64,000 nucleotides of DNA. Origin: a virus. The position numbers and the translations under genes are program-made. Shown here in pieces: positions 1 through 9,799 of this stretch. The notes beneath the pieces are model-generated. The model did not search any database, was not told the origin of the DNA, and saw nothing but the letters and a program-made list of their open reading frames with translations. The first letter of the stretch is position 1. The number at the start of each line of letters is the position of its first letter. The stretch covers positions 1 through 64,000 of the IMG/VR virus record IMGVR_UViG_3300020810_000992. One strand, written 5' to 3'.

Positions 1-2
1 AA

Positions 3-527
3 TTGCAAGGTGGTGATGTATTAGTATTCCCGAGTGTTACTGTACAGCAACCACCAAAGATTGATAACGCAGGTGTAAAAAAGTTAGCCACCTTAATTAA
101 CAGTAGAAGTGCTGAGATAGATAAATTGCTAGATCCAAATACACTTGAACAAAAGCAGATGAAAGGCTTTGGTGATATGTTGTACAATTACATCAACACT
201 AAAGTAGATACAGGATTAGATAACCTTGGTAAAGATTTTATTAAATGGCTAGATACTAAAAACATTAGCATGAAAATGAAACAAAAAGTTATTGAACATA
301 TTAAAGAACATTCAGCTGGCTTTGTAAGTTTATGGTCAGTTGTTTCAGGCATCCAAAAAGTCAAAGACGATGTAATTAGACAAATGGATAATGCCGAAAG
401 TGACGTAAAAGCAACCACAGCTGGCAAGCCAGGAGGCGAAGGTTACGTACTTTCACATCCTGAAGGATCTATTAAATTTGTAAATAGATCAGAGTTTACA
501 GCGGCAAACAGAGCAATAGAAAGATAA
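3..527 (+). CDS. hypothetical phage protein (C-terminal part, truncated by window edge)
   Basis: Open frame from the window start with phage-like codon usage; ends ...GGEGYV...IKFVNRSEFTAANRA. Confidence 0.7.
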   Translation: MQGGDVLVFPSVTVQQPPKIDNAGVKKLATLINSRSAEIDKLLDPNTLEQKQMKGFGDMLYNYINTKVDTGLDNLGKDFIKWLDTKNISMKMKQKVIEHIKEHSAGFVSLWSVVSGIQKVKDDVIRQMDNAESDVKATTAGKPGGEGYVLSHPEGSIKFVNRSEFTAANRAIER

Positions 528-540
528 TAGGAGATACCAA

Positions 541-918
541 ATGAAAATGAAAGACCTAAATGAAGCCTTCGATAGCGATGACTTCGGATCCTACGGACTT
601 AAAGGACACGGTTCAGGATTAGACAAGGACATTGATCCGAACAAAAAGCGTTATAACAATGATAGTTTAGTTTCTGTACAAGCAGGCAAACTATCAGATT
701 ATCCAGATGGTGGCGAGATTGAAACAGACGACGGTGAAAAGATTCATGTGTCACAGCAAGAAGCAAAGTTTATTAGAAATTTAGAACTAAAGAAACTAGC
801 ACCTTATTTTGGTATTGAGTATAATATGGCAAGAGATCCTGATGCAGATGATGCAATTCAAACAAAACTACAAAGCTCAGAAGGATTAATGAAACTTTTG
901 GGATTAATTAGAAAATAA
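541..918 (+). CDS. hypothetical protein, possible head/internal protein
   Basis: RBS AGGAG upstream; N-terminus MKMKDLNE resembles those of neighbouring genes. Confidence 0.75.
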   Translation: MKMKDLNEAFDSDDFGSYGLKGHGSGLDKDIDPNKKRYNNDSLVSVQAGKLSDYPDGGEIETDDGEKIHVSQQEAKFIRNLELKKLAPYFGIEYNMARDPDADDAIQTKLQSSEGLMKLLGLIRK

Positions 919-1790
919 TGGATTTTATTAAAGATCTCCACGAAGCAAGAATGACTCGAGCCAACGGCTCGCTTAGGACGCTCACTTATACTGATTGTTG
1001 TGAACGTGCTTATCTTACGATCCTTATACTTGAAGTTCTAAGACGCTTTCCAACAATGACAGGCTATGCACATGGCTATGCTAAGAAAACTAGTAGTCAT
1101 GATAGTTATAAACATTTTAGAATGAGTGGGACAGATCTTTATAATTTTGTTTACTTTATTGTTGGTGACGAAGAAGCACTTAACAAATTAAAAGATCCTG
1201 GTGCCGCATCTAAAATGCGAGCTACAACTTATTTTCCGATAATGGCATTTAATCGTTACGTTAGTACACTAGCGAGCGGTACTGTATCAAACAGACAAAC
1301 ACAAACAGATGTACTCAACATAGAGTCAGCACTGCACATTAAAAATCAAGATTACAAATATTGCAGAAGAAATATTTTTAGCTTTGACACATTATCTCCT
1401 GGAGGCAAGAAAGACACTGTTACTAGATTGTTGCTTGCCGCAAGAGCTAAACTAAGATCAAGTGATATTATTGAACATCTTGAAAAGTTGTCAGCTGAAC
1501 GTGATTTAGAAGTATATCGTGTAAAAGATAATGAACCAACTATAAGTATACCTGATTTAGCAACCACAGGCGTTGACCTTGTTAACTATCGTTATGTTGT
1601 CGGTAATAAAAATTTAATGATGACTAAGAAGTTTTTAGAGCTTGCTAAAGATGGTAGAAGTATACCTTCTAGTATGGTACAAGCATACTTACCTGCTATT
1701 GAATTGCTTGATAATATTATAAAAGGCGGTCCAGGATACGTGCAAATGTTGCGTCAACTAGAAAATCGAGCCAAAAAAGGCCGTAATTAA
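918..1790 (+). CDS. hypothetical phage protein
   Basis: 290-aa ORF coupled to the upstream gene by TAATG; N-terminus MDFIKDLHE. Confidence 0.8.
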   Translation: MDFIKDLHEARMTRANGSLRTLTYTDCCERAYLTILILEVLRRFPTMTGYAHGYAKKTSSHDSYKHFRMSGTDLYNFVYFIVGDEEALNKLKDPGAASKMRATTYFPIMAFNRYVSTLASGTVSNRQTQTDVLNIESALHIKNQDYKYCRRNIFSFDTLSPGGKKDTVTRLLLAARAKLRSSDIIEHLEKLSAERDLEVYRVKDNEPTISIPDLATTGVDLVNYRYVVGNKNLMMTKKFLELAKDGRSIPSSMVQAYLPAIELLDNIIKGGPGYVQMLRQLENRAKKGRN

Positions 1791-1875
1791 GCTATTTTTC
1801 CTCTAGAGACTAAATAATAATAACAACTTCGTAGAGTAACGAAGATGGTCATTTAAGAGAACAAAGGAGATTAAA

Positions 1876-2190
1876 ATGGCAGGAGCAACTAAAGTAAACG
1901 GCATTAACGTCGTAGCAGGAAACGGACTAGGTCCACAAACTCGCATCATTTCATTAGCGAAAACAGCAATCACAACTACAGCGATTGCAGATCTAAACTC
2001 AGCAATTGAAGCACTAGCACAAGGCGGTGTATCAGGTACTGACGATGCAGTAACTATCTCAGGTGTTGCATTTACATCAGCAGACGTTGCACACGTTGCA
2101 GTACAAGGCACAGGCGCATTAACAGCTGGTGCTGACTACCGCGGCGTTACAGGTGTAACAATGGCTATTGTTGCAACATTCGCAGACTAA
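1876..2190 (+). CDS. small Ala/Gly/Thr-rich putative virion (decoration-type) protein
   Basis: Strong RBS AAAGGAG, upstream TAAATA motif, strongly biased codons, followed by a terminator. Confidence 0.75.
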   Translation: MAGATKVNGINVVAGNGLGPQTRIISLAKTAITTTAIADLNSAIEALAQGGVSGTDDAVTISGVAFTSADVAHVAVQGTGALTAGADYRGVTGVTMAIVATFAD

Positions 2191-2228
2191 TCCTAACTAC
2201 CTTAGGAACGTGACGTTATAGTCACACT

Positions 2229-2259
2229 AAAGGCTCACTTTTTAAGTGGGCCTTTTTTT
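2229..2259 (+). terminator. rho-independent terminator
   Basis: AGGCTCACTT-ttt-AAGTGGGCCT followed by a T-run; two smaller hairpins precede it. Confidence 0.85.
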
Positions 2260-2277
2260 ATGGCCATAAATAGATGC

Positions 2278-2694
2278 ATGAGAGTATACACACTGATTGA
2301 CATAACTGAAACTAAGCGCCATAGAAACAACAGCAACGATAAGCTGTCTGTTAATCAGCAAGCAAACTTTATGACGTTCGTGCAAACTTTAATGCTAGGA
2401 ACAAACTTTTACTTTGAATCACCTCAACAAGAAATAATGTCTGAAGCGCAACTTAAACAACTTGGCTTTGGATCAGAGTATAAAGGAAAGCATAACGTTT
2501 GGTATTTAGATCTTCAAGTTGACGAAGCACATACCTTTCCAGACCCTAAAGCATTACTAGAAAATTTTAATTTAGTGCCTGTTATCTCTGGTTTAAATGA
2601 GACAATTGATATAAATAATAATGTGTTTAGAACACAAGGCAAAATTAAAAACATAGTAATAGTTAATACATCTACAGAGGCAAACATTACATAA
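2278..2694 (+). CDS. hypothetical phage protein (probably leaderless)
   Basis: ORF 2260..2694; ATG 2278 lies 5 nt after TAAATA. Confidence 0.7.
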   Translation: MRVYTLIDITETKRHRNNSNDKLSVNQQANFMTFVQTLMLGTNFYFESPQQEIMSEAQLKQLGFGSEYKGKHNVWYLDLQVDEAHTFPDPKALLENFNLVPVISGLNETIDINNNVFRTQGKIKNIVIVNTSTEANIT

Positions 2695-2746
2695 TCAAAG
2701 CATAGGTACAATATTAAAATTAATCAGTACGGAGAATATAAAGATT

Positions 2747-2983
2747 ATGGCAAGAGCCACAAAATTAGAACGAGAGTCGTTAGAAGCCCATGTTGATCTG
2801 TGCGAGCAGAGATACATCAACCTAGAAACAAGACTCGAAAAAGTTGAAATTAAGATGGACCACATCCATCAGGATATCCAGAACGGCAACAAATCTTTAA
2901 TTAAAGTTGTCATTGGAGCCACAGGAACTATTGTAGCAGGTTTGCTCAGCACCATCGTAGTTCTTCTTATTAACTTTTCATAA
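2747..2983 (+). CDS. small coiled-coil protein with C-terminal TM helix
   Basis: Heptad pattern LEAHVDLCEQRY...LETRLEKVE plus hydrophobic C-terminus. Confidence 0.75.
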   Translation: MARATKLERESLEAHVDLCEQRYINLETRLEKVEIKMDHIHQDIQNGNKSLIKVVIGATGTIVAGLLSTIVVLLINFS

Positions 2984-3004
2984 CATTCCTAACTAAATAC
3001 TGTT

Positions 3005-3286
3005 ATGCAAATAACAGAGATCACTTCTGACCTTGAAGAAAAACAAATTTGGGGTCGCAGAGGAAAAAAATTAGTACGTAAGTATCGTTGCACATTAGGC
3101 AAACGTAAGGGCAGAATTGTTGCTTCTCCTGCTCAGTGTTTCGCATCTCCTAATGTTAAAGCTAAGATGCAAATGAAACGTACTAGAGCAAGATTAGGCA
3201 ATAGAATGGCACGTAAAGCTCGCAGAACTAAACGTATTAATCCAGCATCGATTGCATTACAAAGATTAAATAAGAGAAGTAGATGA
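3005..3286 (+). CDS. highly basic protein (paralog 1), putative DNA-binding internal protein
   Basis: K/R-rich; shares VRKYRCTxGxxKGRIVAxPxxC with the next ORF. Confidence 0.75.
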   Translation: MQITEITSDLEEKQIWGRRGKKLVRKYRCTLGKRKGRIVASPAQCFASPNVKAKMQMKRTRARLGNRMARKARRTKRINPASIALQRLNKRSR

Positions 3287-3597
3287 ACATTCAAGATGTA
3301 TTAGTTGAAGGAGCAGTTGCAATATTTGGTAAGCGTGGGAACAAGATGGTTCGCAAGTATCGTTGTACCAGTGGCCAGAAAAAAGGTCGTATTGTTGCAA
3401 AGCCTCAAACATGTAATACAGCCGTTAAAGTTGGAAAAAGTGTAGGAGCTAAAAAAGCTAAATCACGTAAAAGTGCATTAATGAAAGTTAGATCTGGTAT
3501 AACAAGAAAAACGAGTGCGGCATCAAAGAGAGTTGCAAAATTAAATAAATCTAGATTAAAGCCTACTAAACGTAATAAAACCCGGAGAATGAAATGA
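3283..3597 (+). CDS. highly basic protein (paralog 2)
   Basis: Same VRKYRCT..KGRIVA motif; ATGA overlap. Confidence 0.75.
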   Translation: MNIQDVLVEGAVAIFGKRGNKMVRKYRCTSGQKKGRIVAKPQTCNTAVKVGKSVGAKKAKSRKSALMKVRSGITRKTSAASKRVAKLNKSRLKPTKRNKTRRMK

Positions 3598-4079
3598 GAA
3601 TACACGAAATTAAAATTGATGAAAAACAAAAATTAAAACAGATGTACCCTCATTTATCAGAGCAACAACTTGATGAAATACTTCCAGCAGTAGGTATTGC
3701 CGCTAGAGCTGTTGGCGGCATGGCAGCAAGAGGAGTTGCAGGTGCTGGCAGAGCCGTTGGAGGTGGAGCACAAAAAGCAGGACAGGCAGCAGGCAGAGTT
3801 GGCCAAAAAATGGGCCAAAAAGCTGTAGGTGCGGCAAAAACTGTAGCACAAGATGCGGCGGCAAAAGCAATGGATAAAGCAAGTGATATCGCCGCTGATA
3901 AACTATTAAAAATTGGAACACAAATTCCTATTGCAGGTCAACTGTTAAAAGTAGATAATGTCCAAGGTGACGAAATTACAGTTGCTGATCCAAAAAATCC
4001 TAAAGGACCTAAAACAGTTCTTAACAAAGCAAGTCAAGAAATTAAAAATGTTGTGTCACAACTAACAGGGCAAGCATAA
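3594..4079 (+). CDS. Ala/Gly-rich hypothetical protein, possible internal head protein
   Basis: N-terminus MRIHEI; internal QLDEI motif. Confidence 0.75.
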   Translation: MRIHEIKIDEKQKLKQMYPHLSEQQLDEILPAVGIAARAVGGMAARGVAGAGRAVGGGAQKAGQAAGRVGQKMGQKAVGAAKTVAQDAAAKAMDKASDIAADKLLKIGTQIPIAGQLLKVDNVQGDEITVADPKNPKGPKTVLNKASQEIKNVVSQLTGQA

Positions 4080-4286
4080 ATGAAAATAAACGAACTCATT
4101 CAACACTTTTCTATACACACTACAAATGAAGAAAAGCAAGTGTTATGTAAGATGGGTTCAATACGACCAATTAGCAGTTATTCAGAAAGAGATCGATTCA
4201 TTATTGAAGGATTGATCCGGAAGTCTTTAGTAAGTAAAGTAATACAAAATGGAACTGTACTGGTCGTGTCAAATGAGCTCAGATAA
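4080..4286 (+). CDS. hypothetical protein
   Basis: TAAATG coupling; N-terminus MKINEL. Confidence 0.7.
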   Translation: MKINELIQHFSIHTTNEEKQVLCKMGSIRPISSYSERDRFIIEGLIRKSLVSKVIQNGTVLVVSNELR

Positions 4287-4704
4287 CCCAACACTAGCAA
4301 AAGAATTAGAACAAATAGTATCAGCAGGATTAGAAGCTGTTGCGCTCCCTTATCAAAAAGGAAACAGTATCCGACTGAAACATATTGCTATCCGTAAGCA
4401 TAAAAACGGATATAGATTGTTTAATACTAAGACTAATTCACATATTCTAACTACATTTTGCAAAACAGCCGCTTTAGCTATTGCTAAAAATATAGTAGAA
4501 GACAATCAAAATTCCGTCCAAGAAATTAAAAGATTAGATGATAGAGTAGCAAAATACTACATGGATGCAGTGTTTTCTAAAAGATCTTATGAAGTTTCTA
4601 CTGATTGGAATAAAAAAGAAAACGCAGAAATACTATTTGATATAGCAATGGACAAAGCATGGGCCAGTTTATCTAGTATAGAAACGTTTATCTTTGATAA
4701 ATAA
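4273..4704 (+). CDS. hypothetical protein
   Basis: ORF 4249..4704; probable start at ATG 4273. Confidence 0.7.
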   Translation: MSSDNPTLAKELEQIVSAGLEAVALPYQKGNSIRLKHIAIRKHKNGYRLFNTKTNSHILTTFCKTAALAIAKNIVEDNQNSVQEIKRLDDRVAKYYMDAVFSKRSYEVSTDWNKKENAEILFDIAMDKAWASLSSIETFIFDK

Positions 4705-4732
4705 ATACAGTATTGATAAAGGAACATTAACT

Positions 4733-5671
4733 ATGCTTATTAAAGAATTTTCAAAACCGATTACCTCTGCAACACTTAATGAAAGTCTTGCTAAAAGATT
4801 CGGAACAAAGATCGACGTATCCAAGTTTACTACAGAGCAACTTGAAGATGCTCGTAATAAATTAAGAACTCAACTTTCACAAGTTGAGACAAATGAAAGC
4901 TACGAAGCAGTTACACAAAGCGACAGTTATCAAAAAACAAAGATGTTCCTCGATGTTATCAATGCCGCTATTGCTGAACGCACAGTTGAAGAAGGTAAAA
5001 TTCCAGCAGGTCTTAAAGCATATCAAGACAAGAAAAAAGGCAAACAAGACAAGAAAAAAGGTGGTCCAAAAGATCACGGCAGACGTCCTGACACTCCAGA
5101 CTTAGATGGCGATGGAAACACAGATGAGCCAATTGGTGATGCAGCCAAGGATGCAAAGAAAGAATCTATCGTACGTGAAGGCGCTGAAGAAGAAGCAACT
5201 CTAGTTATGGCATCCAAAGACATGGTTGACAGAGTTACAGGTTGGATGGAAGACACAGCAGAAATGCAAACAGAATCGATGTTAGAATTAGGCGACAAAA
5301 TTAGAGATGAGTTAGGTGTTGAGCGATCAGAAGAATTTATCGCAATGGTTAAGCCGGCACTTGATTCACTATTTTCATCATTGGAAAGCACACGTGATTC
5401 ACTAACAAGTGGCGTAGCCATTTTGACAGGCGAAGGTGCACCTCAAACAATGGGCGACGAAGTACCAGCTGATGACGACGGCGACATGGATATGGAACCG
5501 ATCGATGACCTGGATGCAGAAACAGATGCCCCAGACGAAGAAGGCGACGATGAATTTGCGGCGGCAGATGCATCCGTAGGCGGAGACGAACCAGCCGATA
5601 GGCAAAAGCGCGAAAGCATTGAACTTTCAAGAAAATTAGGTAAAATCTTAAGCGGAAAAAAAAAGGCCTAA
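4733..5671 (+). CDS. acidic putative prohead core/scaffold-like protein
   Basis: RBS AAGGA before ATG 4733; very acidic C-terminal half; many L/I/V-x-E motifs; ends at an A9G run. Confidence 0.65.
   Translation: MLIKEFSKPITSATLNESLAKRFGTKIDVSKFTTEQLEDARNKLRTQLSQVETNESYEAVTQSDSYQKTKMFLDVINAAIAERTVEEGKIPAGLKAYQDKKKGKQDKKKGGPKDHGRRPDTPDLDGDGNTDEPIGDAAKDAKKESIVREGAEEEATLVMASKDMVDRVTGWMEDTAEMQTESMLELGDKIRDELGVERSEEFIAMVKPALDSLFSSLESTRDSLTSGVAILTGEGAPQTMGDEVPADDDGDMDMEPIDDLDAETDAPDEEGDDEFAAADASVGGDEPADRQKRESIELSRKLGKILSGKKKA
5659..5665 (+). other. putative -1 ribosomal frameshift site A_AAA_AAG
   Basis: In-frame A AAA AAG two codons before the stop; the -1 frame is open 5644-5973 with no start codon for 42 codons. 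Confidence 0.65.
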
Positions 5672-5973
5672 CGGAAGCTGACACTCCGAATCTAGATAGT
5701 TTAGTTCAAGTATTACTTCTACAACTACAACAAGGCGCATCAAGAATTGACTGGCCAGCATTAAACACTATGTTGAGTAATATTGGTGTAGAACAGTTTG
5801 ATGAAAAATCTTTTGTATCAGCATACAACAAAGACACAAGAATAAGAGACTTAGTTGACAAGTTTGATGACCGAGGTGTTGTGTTAGCAGGCGGTGAAAT
5901 GCCAGCGGACAAACCAGAAGATCCTGAAGTTGATCAAATGGCTGATAGAGCAACCAAAAACGCACTCAAATAA
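5665..5973 (+). CDS. C-terminal extension reached by -1 frameshift (or a short ORF from 5770)
   Basis: GLTEADTPNLDSLVQVLLLQLQQG... is continuous with ORF 5770..5973; ATG 5770 has no clear RBS. Confidence 0.6.
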   Translation, partial: GLTEADTPNLDSLVQVLLLQLQQGASRIDWPALNTMLSNIGVEQFDEKSFVSAYNKDTRIRDLVDKFDDRGVVLAGGEMPADKPEDPEVDQMADRATKNALK

Positions 5974-6029
5974 ACACTTGACATTCTATTCTAAATAGTA
6001 TATACTATTGATTAAGAATAGGAGACTGC

Positions 6030-6395
6030 ATGAGCAATACACGCACTGATGAAGAAATCATCGAACAGATCAAAGAGCTAATTGAAGAAAACGTAAAACC
6101 ATCTGTTGCCTCTCACGGAGGCAACATTGAATTCTTGTCTTACAATAATGGACACTTATTGTTAGAGTTACAAGGTGCTTGTTCAGGATGTGCAGGCAGT
6201 ACTATGACTCTCAAGATGGGAGTTGAAAACATGATTAAACATTACGTCACTGAAGTACTTACAGTTGAAGCACAAGACGGATACAGTGATGTAAACCCAT
6301 ACTACAGTGATGACTTTGGTTATGCGCATTGGGACATCAATCCCAATACTATACCAATTCAAGAGGTTAAAGATGAGCCTACTGAAGACAGTTAA
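6030..6395 (+). CDS. NifU/NfuA C-terminal domain Fe-S cluster scaffold
   Basis: VKPSVASHGGNIEF...LQGACSGCAGSTMTLKMGVE (CxxC NifU-C motif); sigma70 promoter and RBS upstream. Confidence 0.9.
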   Translation: MSNTRTDEEIIEQIKELIEENVKPSVASHGGNIEFLSYNNGHLLLELQGACSGCAGSTMTLKMGVENMIKHYVTEVLTVEAQDGYSDVNPYYSDDFGYAHWDINPNTIPIQEVKDEPTEDS

Positions 6396-6972
6396 TGGCA
6401 TAGATTTATATGTAGTTCCTAACCAACATTGGGTAGTAAGTGCAATCTATCCCGATTACACTGACTTAGAAGAATTATTTAATTTTACATCAGCTGATAT
6501 ATCGAAAGGTTCGTGTACAGTAAATGGCATGCAACAACCTTTAGAATATAACCAGTGGACAAAACATCGAGAACGTTACAAAGAATGGTTACTTGATATT
6601 TTTAAGACTGTTGAGTTACCTATAACTGAAATTAACGAACGAGAAGTTGATCAAAAACACAAAGCATGGACAATAAATTATTTCCCCGGCGGCTGGCAAG
6701 CCGGACACTTTCACTCAACTGATAGAGTGTCGCAATCAAATAAACGATTTGCATCAAGTGTAATGCTGTTTGATCATATTAAACCTACTAAGCATAATAT
6801 GTTTAATGGTTGTATGTATACTATATTACAAAGTCCTAATGGGTATACCTACGAACATAAATTTCATCCGGAACCAGGCCGCGTAGTAATAATGGATGAT
6901 CGAGTATGGCACGGAGCCTATCCAACTGAAGAAAATAGAAGATGTCTAGTCTGGGACTTTGACATCCAATAA
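6373..6972 (+). CDS. putative 2OG-Fe(II) oxygenase-like protein
   Basis: W..NYFPGGWQAGHFH...HPEPGRVVI...WHGAYP...RRCLVWDF double-stranded beta-helix motifs. Confidence 0.7.
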   Translation: MSLLKTVNGIDLYVVPNQHWVVSAIYPDYTDLEELFNFTSADISKGSCTVNGMQQPLEYNQWTKHRERYKEWLLDIFKTVELPITEINEREVDQKHKAWTINYFPGGWQAGHFHSTDRVSQSNKRFASSVMLFDHIKPTKHNMFNGCMYTILQSPNGYTYEHKFHPEPGRVVIMDDRVWHGAYPTEENRRCLVWDFDIQ

Positions 6973-6990
6973 TATTAAAACGGAGAATTA

Positions 6991-7695
6991 ATGAGTTTAA
7001 TTATAGAGAAGTACGACTATCAAGAAATCAAACGTCAGCAAGTAAATGGTAAGCGTTTGTATGCCTGCCCAGATGGAAATGCTGTTGCAAGTGTTACTAC
7101 TATTCTCGATAAAACAAAAGACAAGAGTCATTTAATCGCATGGAAGAAACGTGTTGGTGAAGCAAAAGCACAAGAGATTGTTACCGAAGCCGCAGGTGTA
7201 GGTACACGTATGCACAAATATTTAGAAGACTACATCGAGTTTGGCGAATGGCCTACTCCTGGTGGCAACCCATTTGCTAAAAAAGCACATAGGATGGCAG
7301 AGGTTATTCGTGATGAAGCAATGGTTCATGTGGACGAGATTTGGGGAAGTGAAATTAATCTTTACATGCCACAGATGTATGCAGGTACTACTGACTTAGT
7401 TGGACAGTACAAAGGCAATCCTGCAATTATGGATTTTAAGCAAACTAACAGACCTAAGAAGCAAGAGTGGGTAGTTGACTATTACTTGCAAATGGTTGCG
7501 TATGCTGAAGCACACAATGAAATCTACGGTACAAATATACGAGAAGGACATGTGTTCATGTGCAGTCGCGGCGATGACGGTATGATCCTTGGCGGCGAAA
7601 CTTATCAACAGTTTGATCTTTGGCCACACGAGTACGATGAATGGCGCACTGAATGGTACAACAGAGTGTATCAATATTACGAACAGGAAGCATAA
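6991..7695 (+). CDS. PD-(D/E)XK exonuclease (Cas4/RecB-like)
   Basis: SVTTIL...GTRMHKYLE...YAGTTDLV...IMDFKQT...YYLQMVAYA. Confidence 0.85.
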   Translation: MSLIIEKYDYQEIKRQQVNGKRLYACPDGNAVASVTTILDKTKDKSHLIAWKKRVGEAKAQEIVTEAAGVGTRMHKYLEDYIEFGEWPTPGGNPFAKKAHRMAEVIRDEAMVHVDEIWGSEINLYMPQMYAGTTDLVGQYKGNPAIMDFKQTNRPKKQEWVVDYYLQMVAYAEAHNEIYGTNIREGHVFMCSRGDDGMILGGETYQQFDLWPHEYDEWRTEWYNRVYQYYEQEA

Positions 7696-7724
7696 ATACT
7701 AATAATAATTTAGGAGATTACAGC

Positions 7725-9344
7725 ATGGCCGTAGTACAAATCAGTAGAATTCAAATAAGACGAGGACAAAAGAATCAAGGTTCTGGTATTCCTCAACTTG
7801 CTGGAGGCGAATTTGGCTGGGCTGTAGATTCAAGAGAATTGTATATTGGAAACGGTAGTGTTGCAGAAGGTGCACCTGCTGTCGGCAATACAAAAGTTAT
7901 TACTGAACACGATGATCTTTTTACACTTGCAAACACTTATACATATCTAAATGGTAACACTGTACAAACAGGTGCTAGTGCTAATAGTCCTATCAGAAGA
8001 ACACTACAACAAAAACTTGACGAAACTGTAAATATTCGTTCGTTTGGTGCAGAAGGCGACAATACAGATCAAACAGTAATTATACAACGAGCAATTGATC
8101 AACTTTTTATTAATCCGTCAACTAAAGGAACTGCACAGAGTAGAGTACAGTTAGTAATTCCAGCAGGAACATATAAACTTAGTAACACTATCTATGTTCC
8201 AGGTTATGCTACATTAATTGGTGCCGGTAAAGGCAAGACTATATTTAATATGACGGGTAATGGACCAGCATTTCAAACAGTAAACGGTTCAAGTACTCCA
8301 GGAAACTATGCAGATGATAGTTCTAGTACATTAAACAATCAAGCAACAAATATTACAATGTCAGGAATGACTATAACAACAACGTCAGCTACACAACCTG
8401 TTATAGTTTTACAGAGTTGTAAAATGAGCAATTTTGCAGAGCTAGAGTTAAAAGGTAATTGGACAACTGGTACTGCAATTACTGATGCTAATGCAGGAAT
8501 AAAGTTAGGTTCGCTAAGTGAAGTAGTTGGGTCACAAAAGAACAAGTTTGATCACATTATGTTTAATGGATTAAGCGTTGGTATTTCAAGCGATGATGAT
8601 ATTTACAATAACCATTGGCATTGTTGTTACTTTGAAAATTTAGGTAACGGAATTGTCTTTGGCAAAAACTCACTTGTAGGTAGCCCAGGACAAACAACTG
8701 GCCCAAGTAAAAATAAAATTTCACAATGTGACTTTAGTAACATTGATGCCGAAGCCTTTATCGTAAGAAACGGTTCGAACAATGTAAGTTCACATAACAA
8801 TTTTGAAGGCATTGGCAATGTAGGAGGCAACGAAGGTAATGCACAATATAGTGTAATTGACTTCACCTCACCAGGCAATTCGAGTGTAGAAGATTATTTC
8901 AAACGCACTTCGGAGCTAGGTTATAATCAAACATACATCACAACTTACCCATATCTATCTGAAATTAAAGGTAGTGTTAACGCAACATTGGGCGGGTTTC
9001 ATACATTAGAACTTAACGAATCAAGTTCTTACACATACTTCTTTAGACTTCCAGGAGATTATACTAGGACTTATGAAGTTGAATACACCTATAAAAGTAA
9101 TATAGTAAACGCAGTTAGAAGCGGAACAATGCAGTTCATCTTAGATACTACAACAGGTCAATTAGACTTTATCGACGAGTTTGCTTATCAAGGTGATAGC
9201 AACTATGAAGATAGTGTAAAGTTCATTGCTCAATTACTTAACACAGATGGTAATTTAGGGGTTGACACAATCGTAGTTTCTATGTTAAACTTAACTGTAA
9301 ATGATCAAGGTGTATTTAACTACAAAATCAAAGTTCGAGGTTAA
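7725..9344 (+). CDS. tail fibre/spike-like protein with beta-helix (pectate-lyase-like) region
   Basis: N-terminal IQIRRG...LAGGEFGWAVDSRELYIG; VNIRSFGAEGD...IPAGTY beta-helix entry; RBS AGGAG. Confidence 0.75.
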   Translation: MAVVQISRIQIRRGQKNQGSGIPQLAGGEFGWAVDSRELYIGNGSVAEGAPAVGNTKVITEHDDLFTLANTYTYLNGNTVQTGASANSPIRRTLQQKLDETVNIRSFGAEGDNTDQTVIIQRAIDQLFINPSTKGTAQSRVQLVIPAGTYKLSNTIYVPGYATLIGAGKGKTIFNMTGNGPAFQTVNGSSTPGNYADDSSSTLNNQATNITMSGMTITTTSATQPVIVLQSCKMSNFAELELKGNWTTGTAITDANAGIKLGSLSEVVGSQKNKFDHIMFNGLSVGISSDDDIYNNHWHCCYFENLGNGIVFGKNSLVGSPGQTTGPSKNKISQCDFSNIDAEAFIVRNGSNNVSSHNNFEGIGNVGGNEGNAQYSVIDFTSPGNSSVEDYFKRTSELGYNQTYITTYPYLSEIKGSVNATLGGFHTLELNESSSYTYFFRLPGDYTRTYEVEYTYKSNIVNAVRSGTMQFILDTTTGQLDFIDEFAYQGDSNYEDSVKFIAQLLNTDGNLGVDTIVVSMLNLTVNDQGVFNYKIKVRG

Positions 9345-9769
9345 TGTTAGAATTAAATTTTGAAGACAAAGTAAAAGTCTGGCGGGATCTAAGGAATACT
9401 TTAGAAGTCCATCCACGTCCTTTACATAAGTTAATGAGTTTCATTAACACCCTTCCAGTTTCCAGCCGAAGTTCCTCTCCCTTTGATCCTAAGTCACAAA
9501 TACAACCTTGGCACTTGTTAGAGAAACCATCATTTACTGAGTATGAAATTGCACAATTATGTGCGTATACGTTACAGTTAACTGACAGGTTTAGCCAGTC
9601 AAAAGTAGAGATACATATCAGTACGAACATAAAAAACAATGAAAGTATGTTCCTTGTATACTTGGACGGGAGTATTGTCTTAGGATACAACAACGAAGTC
9701 GTAGACGTAAACCAACTCCCAAAAACAGTCGTGTCACAAAAGATTTATGTGATGCCACCATTAAACTAA
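9344..9769 (+). CDS. hypothetical phage protein
   Basis: 141-aa ORF coupled by TAATG. Confidence 0.7.
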   Translation: MLELNFEDKVKVWRDLRNTLEVHPRPLHKLMSFINTLPVSSRSSSPFDPKSQIQPWHLLEKPSFTEYEIAQLCAYTLQLTDRFSQSKVEIHISTNIKNNESMFLVYLDGSIVLGYNNEVVDVNQLPKTVVSQKIYVMPPLN

Positions 9770-9799
9770 ATATTTTTTAACATAGAGGAAAACGTAAAA

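Noticed and set aside
1771-1806. AAAAAAAGG run at the end of ORF 918..1790 as a frameshift site
   Set aside because: Alternative frames close within about 10 codons and the next gene has its own RBS
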